DNA from: an uncultured Gammaproteobacteria bacterium
GTDB taxonomy: Bacteria; Pseudomonadota; Gammaproteobacteria; SZUA-229
Direction of reading: 5' to 3'
Length of the DNA: 64,000 nucleotides
NCBI GenBank assembly: GCA_963711255.1
Contig: CAVQDO010000023.1
Coordinates: 139,933-203,932, forward strand
The position numbers were made by a program, and so were the translations under genes. Each line of letters begins with the position of its first letter. Position 1 is the first letter of the stretch. Positions 47,985 to 58,080 of the stretch are shown here, piece by piece. The notes under the pieces are model-generated. The model was not told the origin of the DNA. It did no database searches and worked only from the letters and a program-made list of their open reading frames with translations.

Positions 47985-49466
47985 ATGCGATTCGATAACC
48001 TTAATGACTGGCTTACCTGGCAGGAAAGTCTAAATCCTGTAGCAATAGATTTAGGTCTGGACAGGGTAGCTGAAGTGCTTTCTCAGGCAGGGCTGTCAAG
48101 CTCATTCAACTGTCCGCTAATTACCGTTGCAGGAACTAATGGTAAAGGTTCGGTGGTTGCTATGCTGGAGGCGATTGCACTTGAAGCCGGTTTAAAAGTC
48201 TGCAGTTATACTTCTCCGCATCTGTTTCATTACAACGAACGCATTAAAATTAATGGCCAGCCAGTTGCTGATAAGTTGCTGTGTGAAGCCTTTGAGCGCA
48301 TTGATCAGGCGCGTAAACTACCGAATAAAACCAGCGCATTGACTTATTTTGAATTTGGTACGCTGGCAGCAATTGATATTTTTTCCAGGCAGCAGGCTGA
48401 CCTGGTTATTCTTGAAGTTGGCCTTGGTGGTCGCCTTGATGCGGTTAATATTATGGATGCCGATGTCAGTGTCATTACATCACTGGCTATCGACCATATC
48501 GACTGGCTGGGCGATAACCGCGAGTCGATCGGTTTTGAAAAAGCCGGCATATTTCGCAGTGGAAAAACGGCAGTCTGCGGTGAACCGGATGTACCTGCCA
48601 GCGTGCTGGAACATGCAAATAAAATTCAATGCCCGTTACTGTGTGTGGGCCGTGATTTTAGCGTTAAGCGTAATTCGTCAGATTTACTGTGGAGCCTGAA
48701 AAGCCCGTACGCAGATTTATCCGCGTTGGCAGCACCTTGTCTGCAGGGCGATTTCCAGTATTTAAATGCGGCTACTGCTATTGTGGCTTTGCAGGCCCTG
48801 GCGAACGATGAAGTGAAGGCTAAATTGTTGCTGCAGGGAGCGCTATCCAGTGAGCGTCTGTCAGCCGCACTGCAGCAGATTAAGCTGACCGGACGTTTTC
48901 AGCAGCTTAACCTGATGCCAGCAGTTTATGTTGATGTCGCGCATAATCCACAGGCGGCACAGGCGCTGGCAGCACAGCTAGAGGACAGTGCCCGGGAAAA
49001 TAGTAAAACATGGGCAATCCTGGCGATGCTGGCGGATAAGGATACGATGGGGGTGTTGCTAGCGGTGTCTGCACATATCGATTACTGGTGTTTTGCCGGG
49101 CTGGAGAATGTGAGCCGTGGTCTGACTCTGGAAAAGTTACTGGAGAAGTTGCCGCAGGCTTTTTTTCATAGCGATTTGAATACAGCAACAAATCCGCAAA
49201 AACGGTGTAAAATAACGCAGCAAAACGCTGCTGGTACTAACATAATGCAGGCGCGGACAGTAGCCGAAGCCTGTCGACTGGTTATGCATAGAGCTGATAA
49301 AAATGACCGTGTTATTATTTTTGGTTCGTTCTACACGGTAGCACAGGCGATGAACTATTTTGCTGGCCTGGATTCTGATGAACGTACTGATAGTTGCACC
49401 AAAACAAGTCCTGAAACAGGCCCTGAAACAGGCCCTGGTTCGGCCAATAGCGAGCAAGTTAAATAA
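47985..49466 (+). CDS. folC: Bifunctional folylpolyglutamate synthase / dihydrofolate synthase, with extra C-terminal sequence
   Basis: GTNGKGS P-loop and Mur-ligase-like layout. At 493 aa it is longer than the ~420-430 aa I expect. It ends in TSPETGPETGPGSANSEQVK, encoded by a 12-nt tandem repeat at 49410-49438. Confidence 0.88.
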   Translation: MRFDNLNDWLTWQESLNPVAIDLGLDRVAEVLSQAGLSSSFNCPLITVAGTNGKGSVVAMLEAIALEAGLKVCSYTSPHLFHYNERIKINGQPVADKLLCEAFERIDQARKLPNKTSALTYFEFGTLAAIDIFSRQQADLVILEVGLGGRLDAVNIMDADVSVITSLAIDHIDWLGDNRESIGFEKAGIFRSGKTAVCGEPDVPASVLEHANKIQCPLLCVGRDFSVKRNSSDLLWSLKSPYADLSALAAPCLQGDFQYLNAATAIVALQALANDEVKAKLLLQGALSSERLSAALQQIKLTGRFQQLNLMPAVYVDVAHNPQAAQALAAQLEDSARENSKTWAILAMLADKDTMGVLLAVSAHIDYWCFAGLENVSRGLTLEKLLEKLPQAFFHSDLNTATNPQKRCKITQQNAAGTNIMQARTVAEACRLVMHRADKNDRVIIFGSFYTVAQAMNYFAGLDSDERTDSCTKTSPETGPETGPGSANSEQVK

Positions 49467-49490
49467 TGATGTTGTGGAGTCTATAAGTTA

Positions 49491-49994
49491 ATGGAAGCGC
49501 ACTTACAGCAGCGTATCGTTGGTGCTATTGTACTGGTGACATTGGGCGTTATTTTTATTCCGGCATTACTCGATGGTTCCGGTTACAGGTCCAGGCAGGT
49601 TCAGGATATTGAAATTAAAGATAAACCTGAATTTCCGCCATTATCACAGCAAAAGCTAAAACCGATTACTACTCCGCTGGAAACCATAAAAAACACGCAA
49701 AAAAAGGCGAGAGCGTCGGATACCCGGCAGCTTTCAAAAAAACCGATCAGGTCTTTTGCGCTGCAAGTTGGTACTTTTAGCAGCAATGAAAATGCAATCA
49801 CAATGCGCGATGAAATGATAGCAGCCGGGTATAACGCGTATGTTCATAAATCTGAAGCGACATCAAAAGCCAAAGCTAAAACCAGTTACAAAGTGAGAAT
49901 AGGCCCTGAGCTGGATCGCAGTGTACTTGACAGGCTAAAAGTCAAACTCAAAAAATCACATAAAATTGACGCTTATGTGGTCAACCACCAGTGA
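49491..49994 (+). CDS. SPOR-domain cell-division protein (DedD-like)
   Basis: N-terminal TM (IVGAIVLVTLGVIFIPALL) and a C-terminal SPOR-like segment (FALQVGTFSSNENAITMRDEMIAAGYNAYV...YKVRIGP). Its position between folC and cvpA matches E. coli and Pseudomonas. Confidence 0.75.
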   Translation: MEAHLQQRIVGAIVLVTLGVIFIPALLDGSGYRSRQVQDIEIKDKPEFPPLSQQKLKPITTPLETIKNTQKKARASDTRQLSKKPIRSFALQVGTFSSNENAITMRDEMIAAGYNAYVHKSEATSKAKAKTSYKVRIGPELDRSVLDRLKVKLKKSHKIDAYVVNHQ

Positions 49995-50094
49995 TTATGG
50001 TGCGAAACTATTTAATGCTTAAGGCATTTCATAGCATTTTCACATGCCAGACAAAAGCGTATAATGCCCCTTTAGAAAATCACATGAGATATTC

Positions 50095-50589
50095 ATGACA
50101 GTCATTGACGTAGTCGTAATTGTTGTTATTTTCCTGTCTGCTTTATTTAGTTTAATCAGGGGATTTGTAAAAGAAGCCATATCTTTAGCGTCCTGGATTA
50201 TTGCTATCTGGCTGGCGGCGACATTTGCTCCCCAATTAGCGGCTGCACTACCCAGTAGTATAGAATCGGAAGCCGTGCGTCAGGCAATTGGCTTTGGTGT
50301 CTTATTTGTACTCAGCCTGATGGTGGGCGCGGTAGTGAACATGCTGGTATCACAGGTCGTGAAAAAAACCGGGTTGTCCGGTGCAGATCGGGTATTCGGT
50401 ATTGTCTTCGGTGTCTTGCGTGGCGGTCTGATTATCATCGTTTTTGTTGTCATCGGTGGCATGACGCCTTTGCCCGATTCGGAATGGTGGCAGTCATCAA
50501 CATTATTACAATGGTTTGAAAGCGCGGCTATTGTTATTCAGGACTATATCCCCCAGGACCTGAATCTTTCTTATCAACCAGCACAGTAA
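50095..50589 (+). CDS. cvpA: CvpA-family membrane protein (colicin V production protein)
   Basis: 164 aa with 4 hydrophobic segments, located immediately upstream of purF. Confidence 0.85.
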   Translation: MTVIDVVVIVVIFLSALFSLIRGFVKEAISLASWIIAIWLAATFAPQLAAALPSSIESEAVRQAIGFGVLFVLSLMVGAVVNMLVSQVVKKTGLSGADRVFGIVFGVLRGGLIIIVFVVIGGMTPLPDSEWWQSSTLLQWFESAAIVIQDYIPQDLNLSYQPAQ

Positions 50590-50604
50590 AAAGAGAAACC
50601 TTCT

Positions 50605-52098
50605 ATGTGTGGTATTGCCGGTATTGTTGCGAAAAGCGCAGTAAATTTAGATTTATATGAATCCCTGTCTGTTATGCAGCACCGTGGCCAGGATGCGGCA
50701 GGAATAATGACCTGTGAGAATGGCCGATTTTATATGCGTAAAGGTAATGGACTGGTACGCGATGTATTCTATAAAAAACATATGGAGCGCTTACCGGGAA
50801 AAATGGGTATCGCCCATGCCCGCTACCCGACGGCAGGTACCTCTTCATCAGCCGAAGCACAGCCTCTATATGTGAATTCGCCCTATGGTATTGCACTGGC
50901 CCACAATGGAAACCTGACCAATGCTGAAGAGCTTAAGGAAGAACTTTTTCAGTCTGACCTGCGTCACCTGAATACTGACTCCGACACAGAAGCCCTGCTT
51001 AATATTCTTGCTCACGAATTACAGTTATGTGCGAAACCCGTCTTCGATCACGAAGATATATTTACTGCTGTGTCTGCGATTCATCGTCGCTGCCGTGGTG
51101 GATATGCTGTGGTTGCCATGGTTGTTGGTAAAGGTGTTCTTGCCGTCAGAGACCCTAACGGTATTCGTCCTTTAGTCTACGGTACACGGGAAACGAAGCA
51201 TGGCCTTGATTACATGGTAGCCTCGGAAAGCGTGGCATTGCAGGCGCAGGGGTTTGAGCTGGTACGTGATGTTGAGCCCGGTGAGGCGCTGTTTATTAGT
51301 GAGAGCGGTGAACTGTACACCAAGCAATGTGCGGAAAATCCACGACTGTCGCCCTGTATTTTTGAATATGTCTATTTTGCACGGCCCGATTCTATTATGG
51401 ACGGCGTTTCGGTCTACAAGTCACGCCTGCGTATGGGTAAAACACTGGTGCAAAAAATCTTACGTGAAAAACCGGATCATGACATCGATGTGGTCATTCC
51501 TATTCCCGATACCAGCCGAAGCACAGCGCTTGAGGTTGCCTACCATTTGAATGTGAAATACCGAGAAGGCTTTATTAAAAACCGCTACATTGGCCGTACA
51601 TTTATTATGCCAGGGCAAACAGAACGTAAAAAATCAGTACGCCAGAAATTAAACCCGATAGAACTGGAATTTGCCGGTAAAAATGTATTGCTGGTGGACG
51701 ACTCGATTGTGCGCGGTACTACATCAAAGCAAATTGTACAGATGGCCAGAGAAGCCGGCGCGAAAAAGGTTTATATGGCATCGGCAGCTCCACCGGTTCG
51801 TTACCCTAATGTTTATGGTATCGATATGGCCTCTCACTCAGAATTTGTTGCACACAACAGAACTGTTGAAGAAATTACCGCGGTTATCGGTGCGGACTGG
51901 CTGGTATACCAGGATCTTGAAGATCTGATGGCTGCGGTCAGCAAGGGTAATAAAAACATTAAAGAGTTTGATAGTTCCTGTTTTAATGGTAACTATGTAA
52001 CCAATGATATTGATGAGGCCTATTTTGAAAGGCTGTCAAATCAACGTAATGATTTCGCTAAAAAGGAAAAAAAACGCATCAAGGCCAGCAAGTTATAA
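50605..52098 (+). CDS. purF: Amidophosphoribosyltransferase
   Basis: MCGIAGIV N-terminal nucleophile and the PRTase motif [14 protein letters not shown]. Confidence 0.96.
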   Translation: MCGIAGIVAKSAVNLDLYESLSVMQHRGQDAAGIMTCENGRFYMRKGNGLVRDVFYKKHMERLPGKMGIAHARYPTAGTSSSAEAQPLYVNSPYGIALAHNGNLTNAEELKEELFQSDLRHLNTDSDTEALLNILAHELQLCAKPVFDHEDIFTAVSAIHRRCRGGYAVVAMVVGKGVLAVRDPNGIRPLVYGTRETKHGLDYMVASESVALQAQGFELVRDVEPGEALFISESGELYTKQCAENPRLSPCIFEYVYFARPDSIMDGVSVYKSRLRMGKTLVQKILREKPDHDIDVVIPIPDTSRSTALEVAYHLNVKYREGFIKNRYIGRTFIMPGQTERKKSVRQKLNPIELEFAGKNVLLVDDSIVRGTTSKQIVQMAREAGAKKVYMASAAPPVRYPNVYGIDMASHSEFVAHNRTVEEITAVIGADWLVYQDLEDLMAAVSKGNKNIKEFDSSCFNGNYVTNDIDEAYFERLSNQRNDFAKKEKKRIKASKL

Positions 52099-52144
52099 CA
52101 CCAGGTATAAGCCCAGGTATAACTAACAGGATAGCCGATGATGT

Positions 52145-52804
52145 TTACTCGGCTACGGTCAGACCCATAAACTGAGCGAGCAGGCCAAGGCCAAACAATA
52201 ACCAGATAATAGCGCCTGATATGATCAGGATATAATTCCACAGGCTGTATTTATAGTTTAAATACCCCAATATATCATTGTTAATTCGATTGACCGTTGC
52301 CTGCACTTTTAGCAATGGGTATGTGCTAAGAAAAAATAAAGCCAGCGATAGAATCATAATCGTACTGTTGTTAAAATTCATAACGCTGCTGGAAACACCC
52401 ATTATTCGATCCAGGATATAACTCAATACTATTGTGGCGACAAAAAAAGTAGCCAGGGCATTTGCATTGAACTGGTGTTTTTTATCAAGCTGAGACGCCT
52501 GCTGGTCAATTCTTTTAAAAAGTGAATGGGTGAAGAATATGGAAAAAATTGCCCTCGGCAGGGGATAAATCTTTTTATCCATTAAAGGCTGCTGCCGCTT
52601 CCAGTTCTGGTAAAACCAGTACACACCATAAAAACCAAAACTTAAAATATAAAGTGTAATAAGTTTACCCTCAGAAACCGGGAAAAAAGCCGTGCTGTCA
52701 TGCGAGCCGGGTTTTTGATTTTCAGGTGACTGAGCGCTAACGTGTTCGGCGTTTTCCGTATGGGGTTTGGTCTTTATTTCCTGATCGGTTTCAAACTGGC
52801 TCAT
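52145..52804 (-). CDS. Hypothetical multi-pass membrane protein (DUF4234-like N-terminal helix pair)
   Basis: 219 aa with LITLYILSFGFYGVYWFYQNWKRQ and several further hydrophobic segments. Convergent with purF. Confidence 0.55.
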   Translation of the reverse strand: MSQFETDQEIKTKPHTENAEHVSAQSPENQKPGSHDSTAFFPVSEGKLITLYILSFGFYGVYWFYQNWKRQQPLMDKKIYPLPRAIFSIFFTHSLFKRIDQQASQLDKKHQFNANALATFFVATIVLSYILDRIMGVSSSVMNFNNSTIMILSLALFFLSTYPLLKVQATVNRINNDILGYLNYKYSLWNYILIISGAIIWLLFGLGLLAQFMGLTVAE

Positions 52805-52948
52805 TATTGATTTCCTTTTGTAACGAATCGGATAATCTCTGTTGGTGGAAGTCTAGCCCAGTTTTCTGTATTAAGAAACTTGTGTATTATCTATTGATTA
52901 TGATTTGATCTGTGTGATACTAGCCTTTATCTTAATAACGGTGGCATT

Positions 52949-53431
52949 GTGAACTCGATAAAAATTAGTGTAAGCGAGCAAAAACTTGGCTTGTATGATG
53001 AGGCAGGCGAATTACTCAAGGAATACCCTGTGTCGACCTCGAAATATGGCACGGGTAATCAAAATGGAAGCGAGCAAACACCGCTTGGCCTGCATCGAAT
53101 CAAAGATAAGCTGGGTGGGGCAATGCCGGTTAACGAAGTTTTTATCGGACGTGTGCCGCACGGTAACCTGGATGAATGCATAGGGCGTGGCATTGATTTG
53201 CCGGATGACGTTATTATGAGCCGTATACTATGGCTGGAAGGAATGGAGCCCGGACATAATCAGGGTGGCTATGTTGATACATATCAGCGATATATCTATA
53301 TTCATGGAACCAATCATGAAGACAGTGTTGGCACACCAAGCTCAATTGGCTGTATACGAATGCGTAACCAGGATGTGGTCGACCTGTTTAGACTGGTTGA
53401 AACTGGTAGCGAAGTCCTTATCGAGGAATGA
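52949..53431 (+). CDS. L,D-transpeptidase (YkuD) domain protein
   Basis: HGTNHEDSVGTPSSIGCIRM catalytic His/Cys motif. GTG start and no obvious signal peptide. Confidence 0.8.
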   Translation: MNSIKISVSEQKLGLYDEAGELLKEYPVSTSKYGTGNQNGSEQTPLGLHRIKDKLGGAMPVNEVFIGRVPHGNLDECIGRGIDLPDDVIMSRILWLEGMEPGHNQGGYVDTYQRYIYIHGTNHEDSVGTPSSIGCIRMRNQDVVDLFRLVETGSEVLIEE

Positions 53432-53470
53432 GCTGAAAACATAGCAGATGGATTAATAACGAGATTTACC

Positions 53471-54655
53471 ATGAAGAAACAAAATAATTCTTATCAATTT
53501 GATACGCGTGCAATTCGTGATGGCCAGCAACGTACGCATGAAAACGAACACAGTGAGCCCATTTTTCTTACCTCAAGCTTTGTCTTTTCATCGGCGGCTG
53601 AGGCAGCGGCACGTTTTTCCGGTGAGCAGCCGGGTAATATCTACTCACGCTTTACTAATCCGACAGTGAGAACTTTTGAACAGCGGCTTGCTTCAATGGA
53701 AGGGGCAGAATGCTGTGTCGCAACGGCTTCAGGCATGTCTGCGATAACTGCAACAATAATTGGTTTATTAAAAACCGGCGATCATATCGTTTCTTCGCGC
53801 AGCATCTTTGGTTCGACTACGGTGTTATTAAATAACTACATCGCCAAGCTTGGCATTGAAACCACTTTTGTAGAGTTGGGTGATCTGGCTGCCTGGGAAA
53901 AAGCGATCAAGCCGGAGACAAAACTGCTGTTTCTGGAAACACCGTCCAACCCGCTAACCGAGCTGGTGGATATTGCAGCCCTGTCCACGATTGCCCATAA
54001 ACATGGCTGTTTGCTTGCTGTCGATAACTGTTTTTGCACGCCTGCGCTGCAACAACCGATTGCATTGGGTGCTGATATTGTTATTCATTCGGCTACCAAA
54101 TATATTGATGGCCAGGGGCGCTGCGTTGGTGGTGCTGTGTGTGGTACCAACGATGTGGTTGGTGACGGTGTCTATGGTTTTTTGCGTTCAGCCGGTCCAA
54201 CTATGAGTGCGTTTAATGCATGGGTGTTTTTGAAAGGTCTGGAAACATTGAGCCTGCGTATGAAGGCGCATTGTGCCGCGGCACTCGAACTCGCCCGCTG
54301 GTTAGAGCAGCAGACAGAAGTAAAAAGAGTTTATTATCCCGGCCTGGAAAGCCACCCTCAGCATGAACTGGCGAAAACACAGCAATCCGGTTTTGGTGGT
54401 TTACTGTCGTTTGAATTGCATGGTGGCAAGGAAGAGGGATGGCGCCTGATTGATGCCACAGAGTTGCTATCAATAACTGCAAACCTGGGTGATACCAAAT
54501 CGACAATTACACATCCTGCGACGACAACACACGGCCGCTTAAGTAAAGAACAGCTTGCCGAAGCAGGTATTTCGGATGGTCTGATCAGGATAGCTGTCGG
54601 GCTTGAAGACATTGAAGATATCAAGGCGGATATATTACGAGGCATGCGTAAGTAA
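53471..54655 (+). CDS. metZ: O-succinylhomoserine sulfhydrylase (Cys/Met-metabolism PLP enzyme)
   Basis: 394 aa with PLP-Lys motif HSATKYIDGQG. Its position downstream of purF matches Pseudomonas metZ. Assignment within the family rests on context. Confidence 0.8.
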   Translation: MKKQNNSYQFDTRAIRDGQQRTHENEHSEPIFLTSSFVFSSAAEAAARFSGEQPGNIYSRFTNPTVRTFEQRLASMEGAECCVATASGMSAITATIIGLLKTGDHIVSSRSIFGSTTVLLNNYIAKLGIETTFVELGDLAAWEKAIKPETKLLFLETPSNPLTELVDIAALSTIAHKHGCLLAVDNCFCTPALQQPIALGADIVIHSATKYIDGQGRCVGGAVCGTNDVVGDGVYGFLRSAGPTMSAFNAWVFLKGLETLSLRMKAHCAAALELARWLEQQTEVKRVYYPGLESHPQHELAKTQQSGFGGLLSFELHGGKEEGWRLIDATELLSITANLGDTKSTITHPATTTHGRLSKEQLAEAGISDGLIRIAVGLEDIEDIKADILRGMRK

Positions 54656-54727
54656 GCAGATCGCTCGCTGGTTTGAATTTCAGAGAAAAACTGTGAATTA
54701 TTGCGAGACAGATCTGTCACAGCGTCC

Positions 54728-55501
54728 ATGAAGACTTTTATTTGCCTGCTAGTTTGTTTGCTGCCATTTAATTTACTGGCACAGGAAACGACCAGGAATA
54801 CAGTCAGCAGTCCGCCGAACCGTGTCGCCTTACTGGAATTATATACATCAGAGGGCTGTAGCAGCTGCCCGCCCGCTGATAAATTTTTAACCAGGCTGAT
54901 GCAGTCTGGCATCAGTGATCAGAGGTTGATCCCAATGGCTTTTCATGTGACATACTGGGACTACATTGGCTGGCAGGATCGCTTTGCTAGTAAACAGTAC
55001 GATCAGCGACAACGGCAACTGGCGCAGAAAAATAACAGCAAAATGGTTTATACGCCGCAATTTGTGCTTGCCGGACAAGATTATAAAAGCTACTCGACAT
55101 TTAGTGATGATGTAAACAAACTGGTGATGCAGCGGGCAAGTGTTGATCTTGAACTGTCGACCTGGCCTGACGAAAAAAACACTGACCAGCTTGTGGTTAA
55201 ACTAAATTCTGACATGAGTCGCAGCCAGGTTAAACACTTAGCTTTGTATTTTGCTGTTATTGAAAATGACTTATCCAGCGATGTCAGCGACGGTGAAAAT
55301 GAAGGCGAGAAATTACACCATAATTACGTTGTTAGAGCATTGTTGGGGCCTTACCGGCAAATAAAAGCTGAAAATAGTTATGAAAGGAAACTGAACATAG
55401 CGTTACAGCCTGAATGGAAAAAAGCAGATATTAGTATCGTGGCTTTTGCTGAAAACCCGGATACGGGCGAAGTTTTACAGGCAGTCAGGCTAAAGTATTG
55501 A
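54728..55501 (+). CDS. DUF1223 domain protein (secreted, thioredoxin-like CxxC)
   Basis: Signal peptide MKTFICLLVCLLPFNLLA and LELYTSEGCSSCPPAD, typical of DUF1223. The track start at TTG 54701 is rejected. Confidence 0.78.
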   Translation: MKTFICLLVCLLPFNLLAQETTRNTVSSPPNRVALLELYTSEGCSSCPPADKFLTRLMQSGISDQRLIPMAFHVTYWDYIGWQDRFASKQYDQRQRQLAQKNNSKMVYTPQFVLAGQDYKSYSTFSDDVNKLVMQRASVDLELSTWPDEKNTDQLVVKLNSDMSRSQVKHLALYFAVIENDLSSDVSDGENEGEKLHHNYVVRALLGPYRQIKAENSYERKLNIALQPEWKKADISIVAFAENPDTGEVLQAVRLKY

Positions 55502-55560
55502 TCTCAATGATTAAAAATAACGGCCAATATTGAGAGCTAAAACTTTGTATGAGATAAAAA

Positions 55561-55785
55561 TCAGGGTTTTTTGTCCTTTTTTTTAGCAAAACCTAAAACA
55601 GCATAAATGGGGCAGAATGCCGCAATTCCTGATATTAAAGGTATCAGGCCAAACCAGCCCAGGTGCCAGAACCTCATATAGTCCAGCTCAAGAATTGATG
55701 TCTGTGGGCCAAACCATGCAAGGGCGATGAGTATTAGCCCGAAAAGAATTCTTACAATCTGACCAGCAGCATCAACATTACACAT
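55561..55785 (-). CDS. DUF2892 (YgaP C-terminal-like) small membrane protein
   Basis: 74 aa with MCNVDAAGQIVRILFGLILIAL and FCPIYAVLG. Paralogue of the next gene. Confidence 0.7.
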   Translation of the reverse strand: MCNVDAAGQIVRILFGLILIALAWFGPQTSILELDYMRFWHLGWFGLIPLISGIAAFCPIYAVLGFAKKKDKKP

Positions 55786-55873
55786 TAAAATTTACACTAC
55801 AGCTAAAAACAGTGAGATAAGTTTAATATAATTTGGCAATGTCGTCCCTGACATGTGTCCAAAATAGCGAATT

Positions 55874-56074
55874 TTATTTGCTATCGCAGGTTTTTAAACC
55901 AAACAGCACGTAAGCAGGACAGAATTTGAAAATTCCGGTTGCTAAAGGTATCAGGCCTATCCATCCCCATACAACATTTTGACCAATAACCTGCTCGCCG
56001 AAAAACACCAGGCTGATTAAAAGTAAACCCACAATAATTCGGGCGATTCGATCGATTCCACCAACGTTACACAT
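55874..56074 (-). CDS. DUF2892 small membrane protein
   Basis: 66 aa with MCNVGGIDRIARIIVGLLLISL and FCPAYVLFG. Confidence 0.7.
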   Translation of the reverse strand: MCNVGGIDRIARIIVGLLLISLVFFGEQVIGQNVVWGWIGLIPLATGIFKFCPAYVLFGLKTCDSK

Positions 56075-56348
56075 AAAAGACTCCGGTTAAATTAAATACA
56101 GGCTACATTATATTTTTTTCGCTTAATAACGTCAGTGACATTGTCACATACCAGGAGTTTTGCCACCGTCATTATAGTCAGGGGATTACAAAAAAAAATT
56201 ACATAATCGGCAGTGATGAAACCTTTTGTTACTCTCCTTCGTTAATACAGTTATAGATGCCATATCAAAATCACCCTTAGAGGTGTTTATCTGTACGCTT
56301 AGGAGCGTGGGTATGGCGGTTTTTTTAATGATTAACAGGAGAGATATA

Positions 56349-57803
56349 ATGGCTCACTTAACAACTAAGAAAGCTATGGCGGTAGCTATAGCGTTTTCTT
56401 TATCTGCTTGCAGCAGCAGTGATGGTATAGCACCGGAAGCGGCAGATCGTGTTTCCAGCGGTGTAATCACTGGTTTCGGAAGTATATTTGTAAATGGTGT
56501 TGAATTTGAAACAGATAGTGCAACAATTAACATTGATGGTGTTTCAGGAACGCAGGATGACCTTGCCATTGGTATGAAAGTTGATGTTGATGGCAACATA
56601 AATGCAGACGGGGTGACGGGTACTGCAAGTCATGTTGATTTTGATGAAGAATTGCAGGGCCCTGTTACCGGCATTAATGCCGGTGATGGCCAGACCAGGA
56701 GCTTTAGCGTTTTAGGTACTACGGTCATTATTGATGCCATAGGTACACGTTTTGATGATGAAGCAGGCTCTTTTAACTTTGATAGTATCGAAGATAATGA
56801 CAATGTTGAGATCAGTGGGTTTTTTGATGAAACGGGTTCGTTACAAGCTACTCGTGTAGAGCTGGAAGACGAGGATTTCAATGCCGACAGTATTGTTGAA
56901 GTCGAAGGTGTTATCAGTGGCTTAAGTGGTACAGATTTTATGCTGGGTAATCTTATTGTTGATGCATCCTCTGCGCAACTGGAAGATCTTGCTAACGGCC
57001 TGGTTGATGGTATAAAAGTAGAGGTGAAAGGCAGCTACGATGTTGCGAGCAATACATTAATTGCGACGAATGTTGAAGCTGAAGATGATGATCTGGAGGA
57101 CAGTGAAAACGAAATAGAAATTGAAGGCTTTGTTACAGATTATGTTTCAGATGCCAGCTTTAAAGTTGATGGCCACATGGTTAATGCATCTGGAGCCGAA
57201 AGAGAACCTGCTTCACTGGTTTTTGAAAATGGACTTCATGTTGAAGTTGAAGGTAATGTTGTTGATGGAGTGCTAGTGGCATCTGAGGTGAAAACACGTG
57301 CTGCAGAAGTTGAGGTGGCTGCACTTGTCACCGGTGTAAATGTGGAATCGTCAACCCTGACTCTGCGGCCAGTACCCGGGCAGCCGGAAGTTACAGTTAA
57401 AATTACAACAACGACAGAACTCGAGGATGACGTTAGTGATCTGGAGCCGTTCAATATTTCACATATACAGATTGATCATTTTCTTAAAGTAGAAGGCCAT
57501 ATCAATGATGCAGGAGAACTTGAAGCAAAAAGTGTTGAACGCAAAGATGCTGCTGACGAAGAAGTTTCCATCGAGGCAATAATAACCGCATTTGATAATG
57601 TCAGCGTTACTACTACTGTTACGGTTCTCGGTATTGATTTCCCCTATGTTGACGCAACTACGGAATTTGAAAAAGAAGGGGTTGCTGGTTATACATCAAC
57701 AGACTTTTTCAATGAAACCAGCGTGATCAACAGTACGGCAGTTATTTCTGTTGAAGATGAAAATGCTGATGGCATTGCGGACAAAATAGAACTGGAAGAC
57801 TAG
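56349..57803 (+). CDS. Acidic lipoprotein with repeated DUF5666-like beta domains
   Basis: I prefer ATG 56349 (RBS aggag) and a lipobox FSLSAC. Recurrent modules of the type G(V/F)I.....F.V.G..V (GVITGFGSIFVNGVEFETD; VEGVISGLSGTDFMLGNLIVDAS). Very Asp/Glu-rich. Confidence 0.7.
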   Translation: MAHLTTKKAMAVAIAFSLSACSSSDGIAPEAADRVSSGVITGFGSIFVNGVEFETDSATINIDGVSGTQDDLAIGMKVDVDGNINADGVTGTASHVDFDEELQGPVTGINAGDGQTRSFSVLGTTVIIDAIGTRFDDEAGSFNFDSIEDNDNVEISGFFDETGSLQATRVELEDEDFNADSIVEVEGVISGLSGTDFMLGNLIVDASSAQLEDLANGLVDGIKVEVKGSYDVASNTLIATNVEAEDDDLEDSENEIEIEGFVTDYVSDASFKVDGHMVNASGAEREPASLVFENGLHVEVEGNVVDGVLVASEVKTRAAEVEVAALVTGVNVESSTLTLRPVPGQPEVTVKITTTTELEDDVSDLEPFNISHIQIDHFLKVEGHINDAGELEAKSVERKDAADEEVSIEAIITAFDNVSVTTTVTVLGIDFPYVDATTEFEKEGVAGYTSTDFFNETSVINSTAVISVEDENADGIADKIELED

Positions 57804-57825
57804 AACAGCTTTATTCCTTTCTCTT

Positions 57826-57861
57826 CAGCTTTCACCTGTAGCCAACATCAGGTGAAAGCTG
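57826..57861 (+). terminator. Perfect 13-bp hairpin after the DUF5666 gene (terminator-like, no U-tract)
   Basis: cagctttcacctg (57826-57838) pairs with caggtgaaagctg (57849-57861), with a 10-nt loop. Confidence 0.5.
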
Positions 57862-58080
57862 CTATTCATTGATTACACAAATTTAGAAGCTGTGCAATGT
57901 TGAGCGTATGTTAAGCGCATTAGTACAAATATTAGCTGGAACTATTCCTATCTACTCATTATACTGGCAGGTGTCAGGAGCCGCATAACTGTAATAAACG
58001 GATAACTTACTATACATATTGTTTTTAGCATTTGCTAAGCAGCCTTTCTGGTTAAATTAAGTAATAAAGGATTAGGTGTA

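Noticed and set aside
54358-54912. 184-aa minus-strand ORF
   Set aside because: It is antisense to the metZ 3' end and the DUF1223 5' end, with no supporting motifs.
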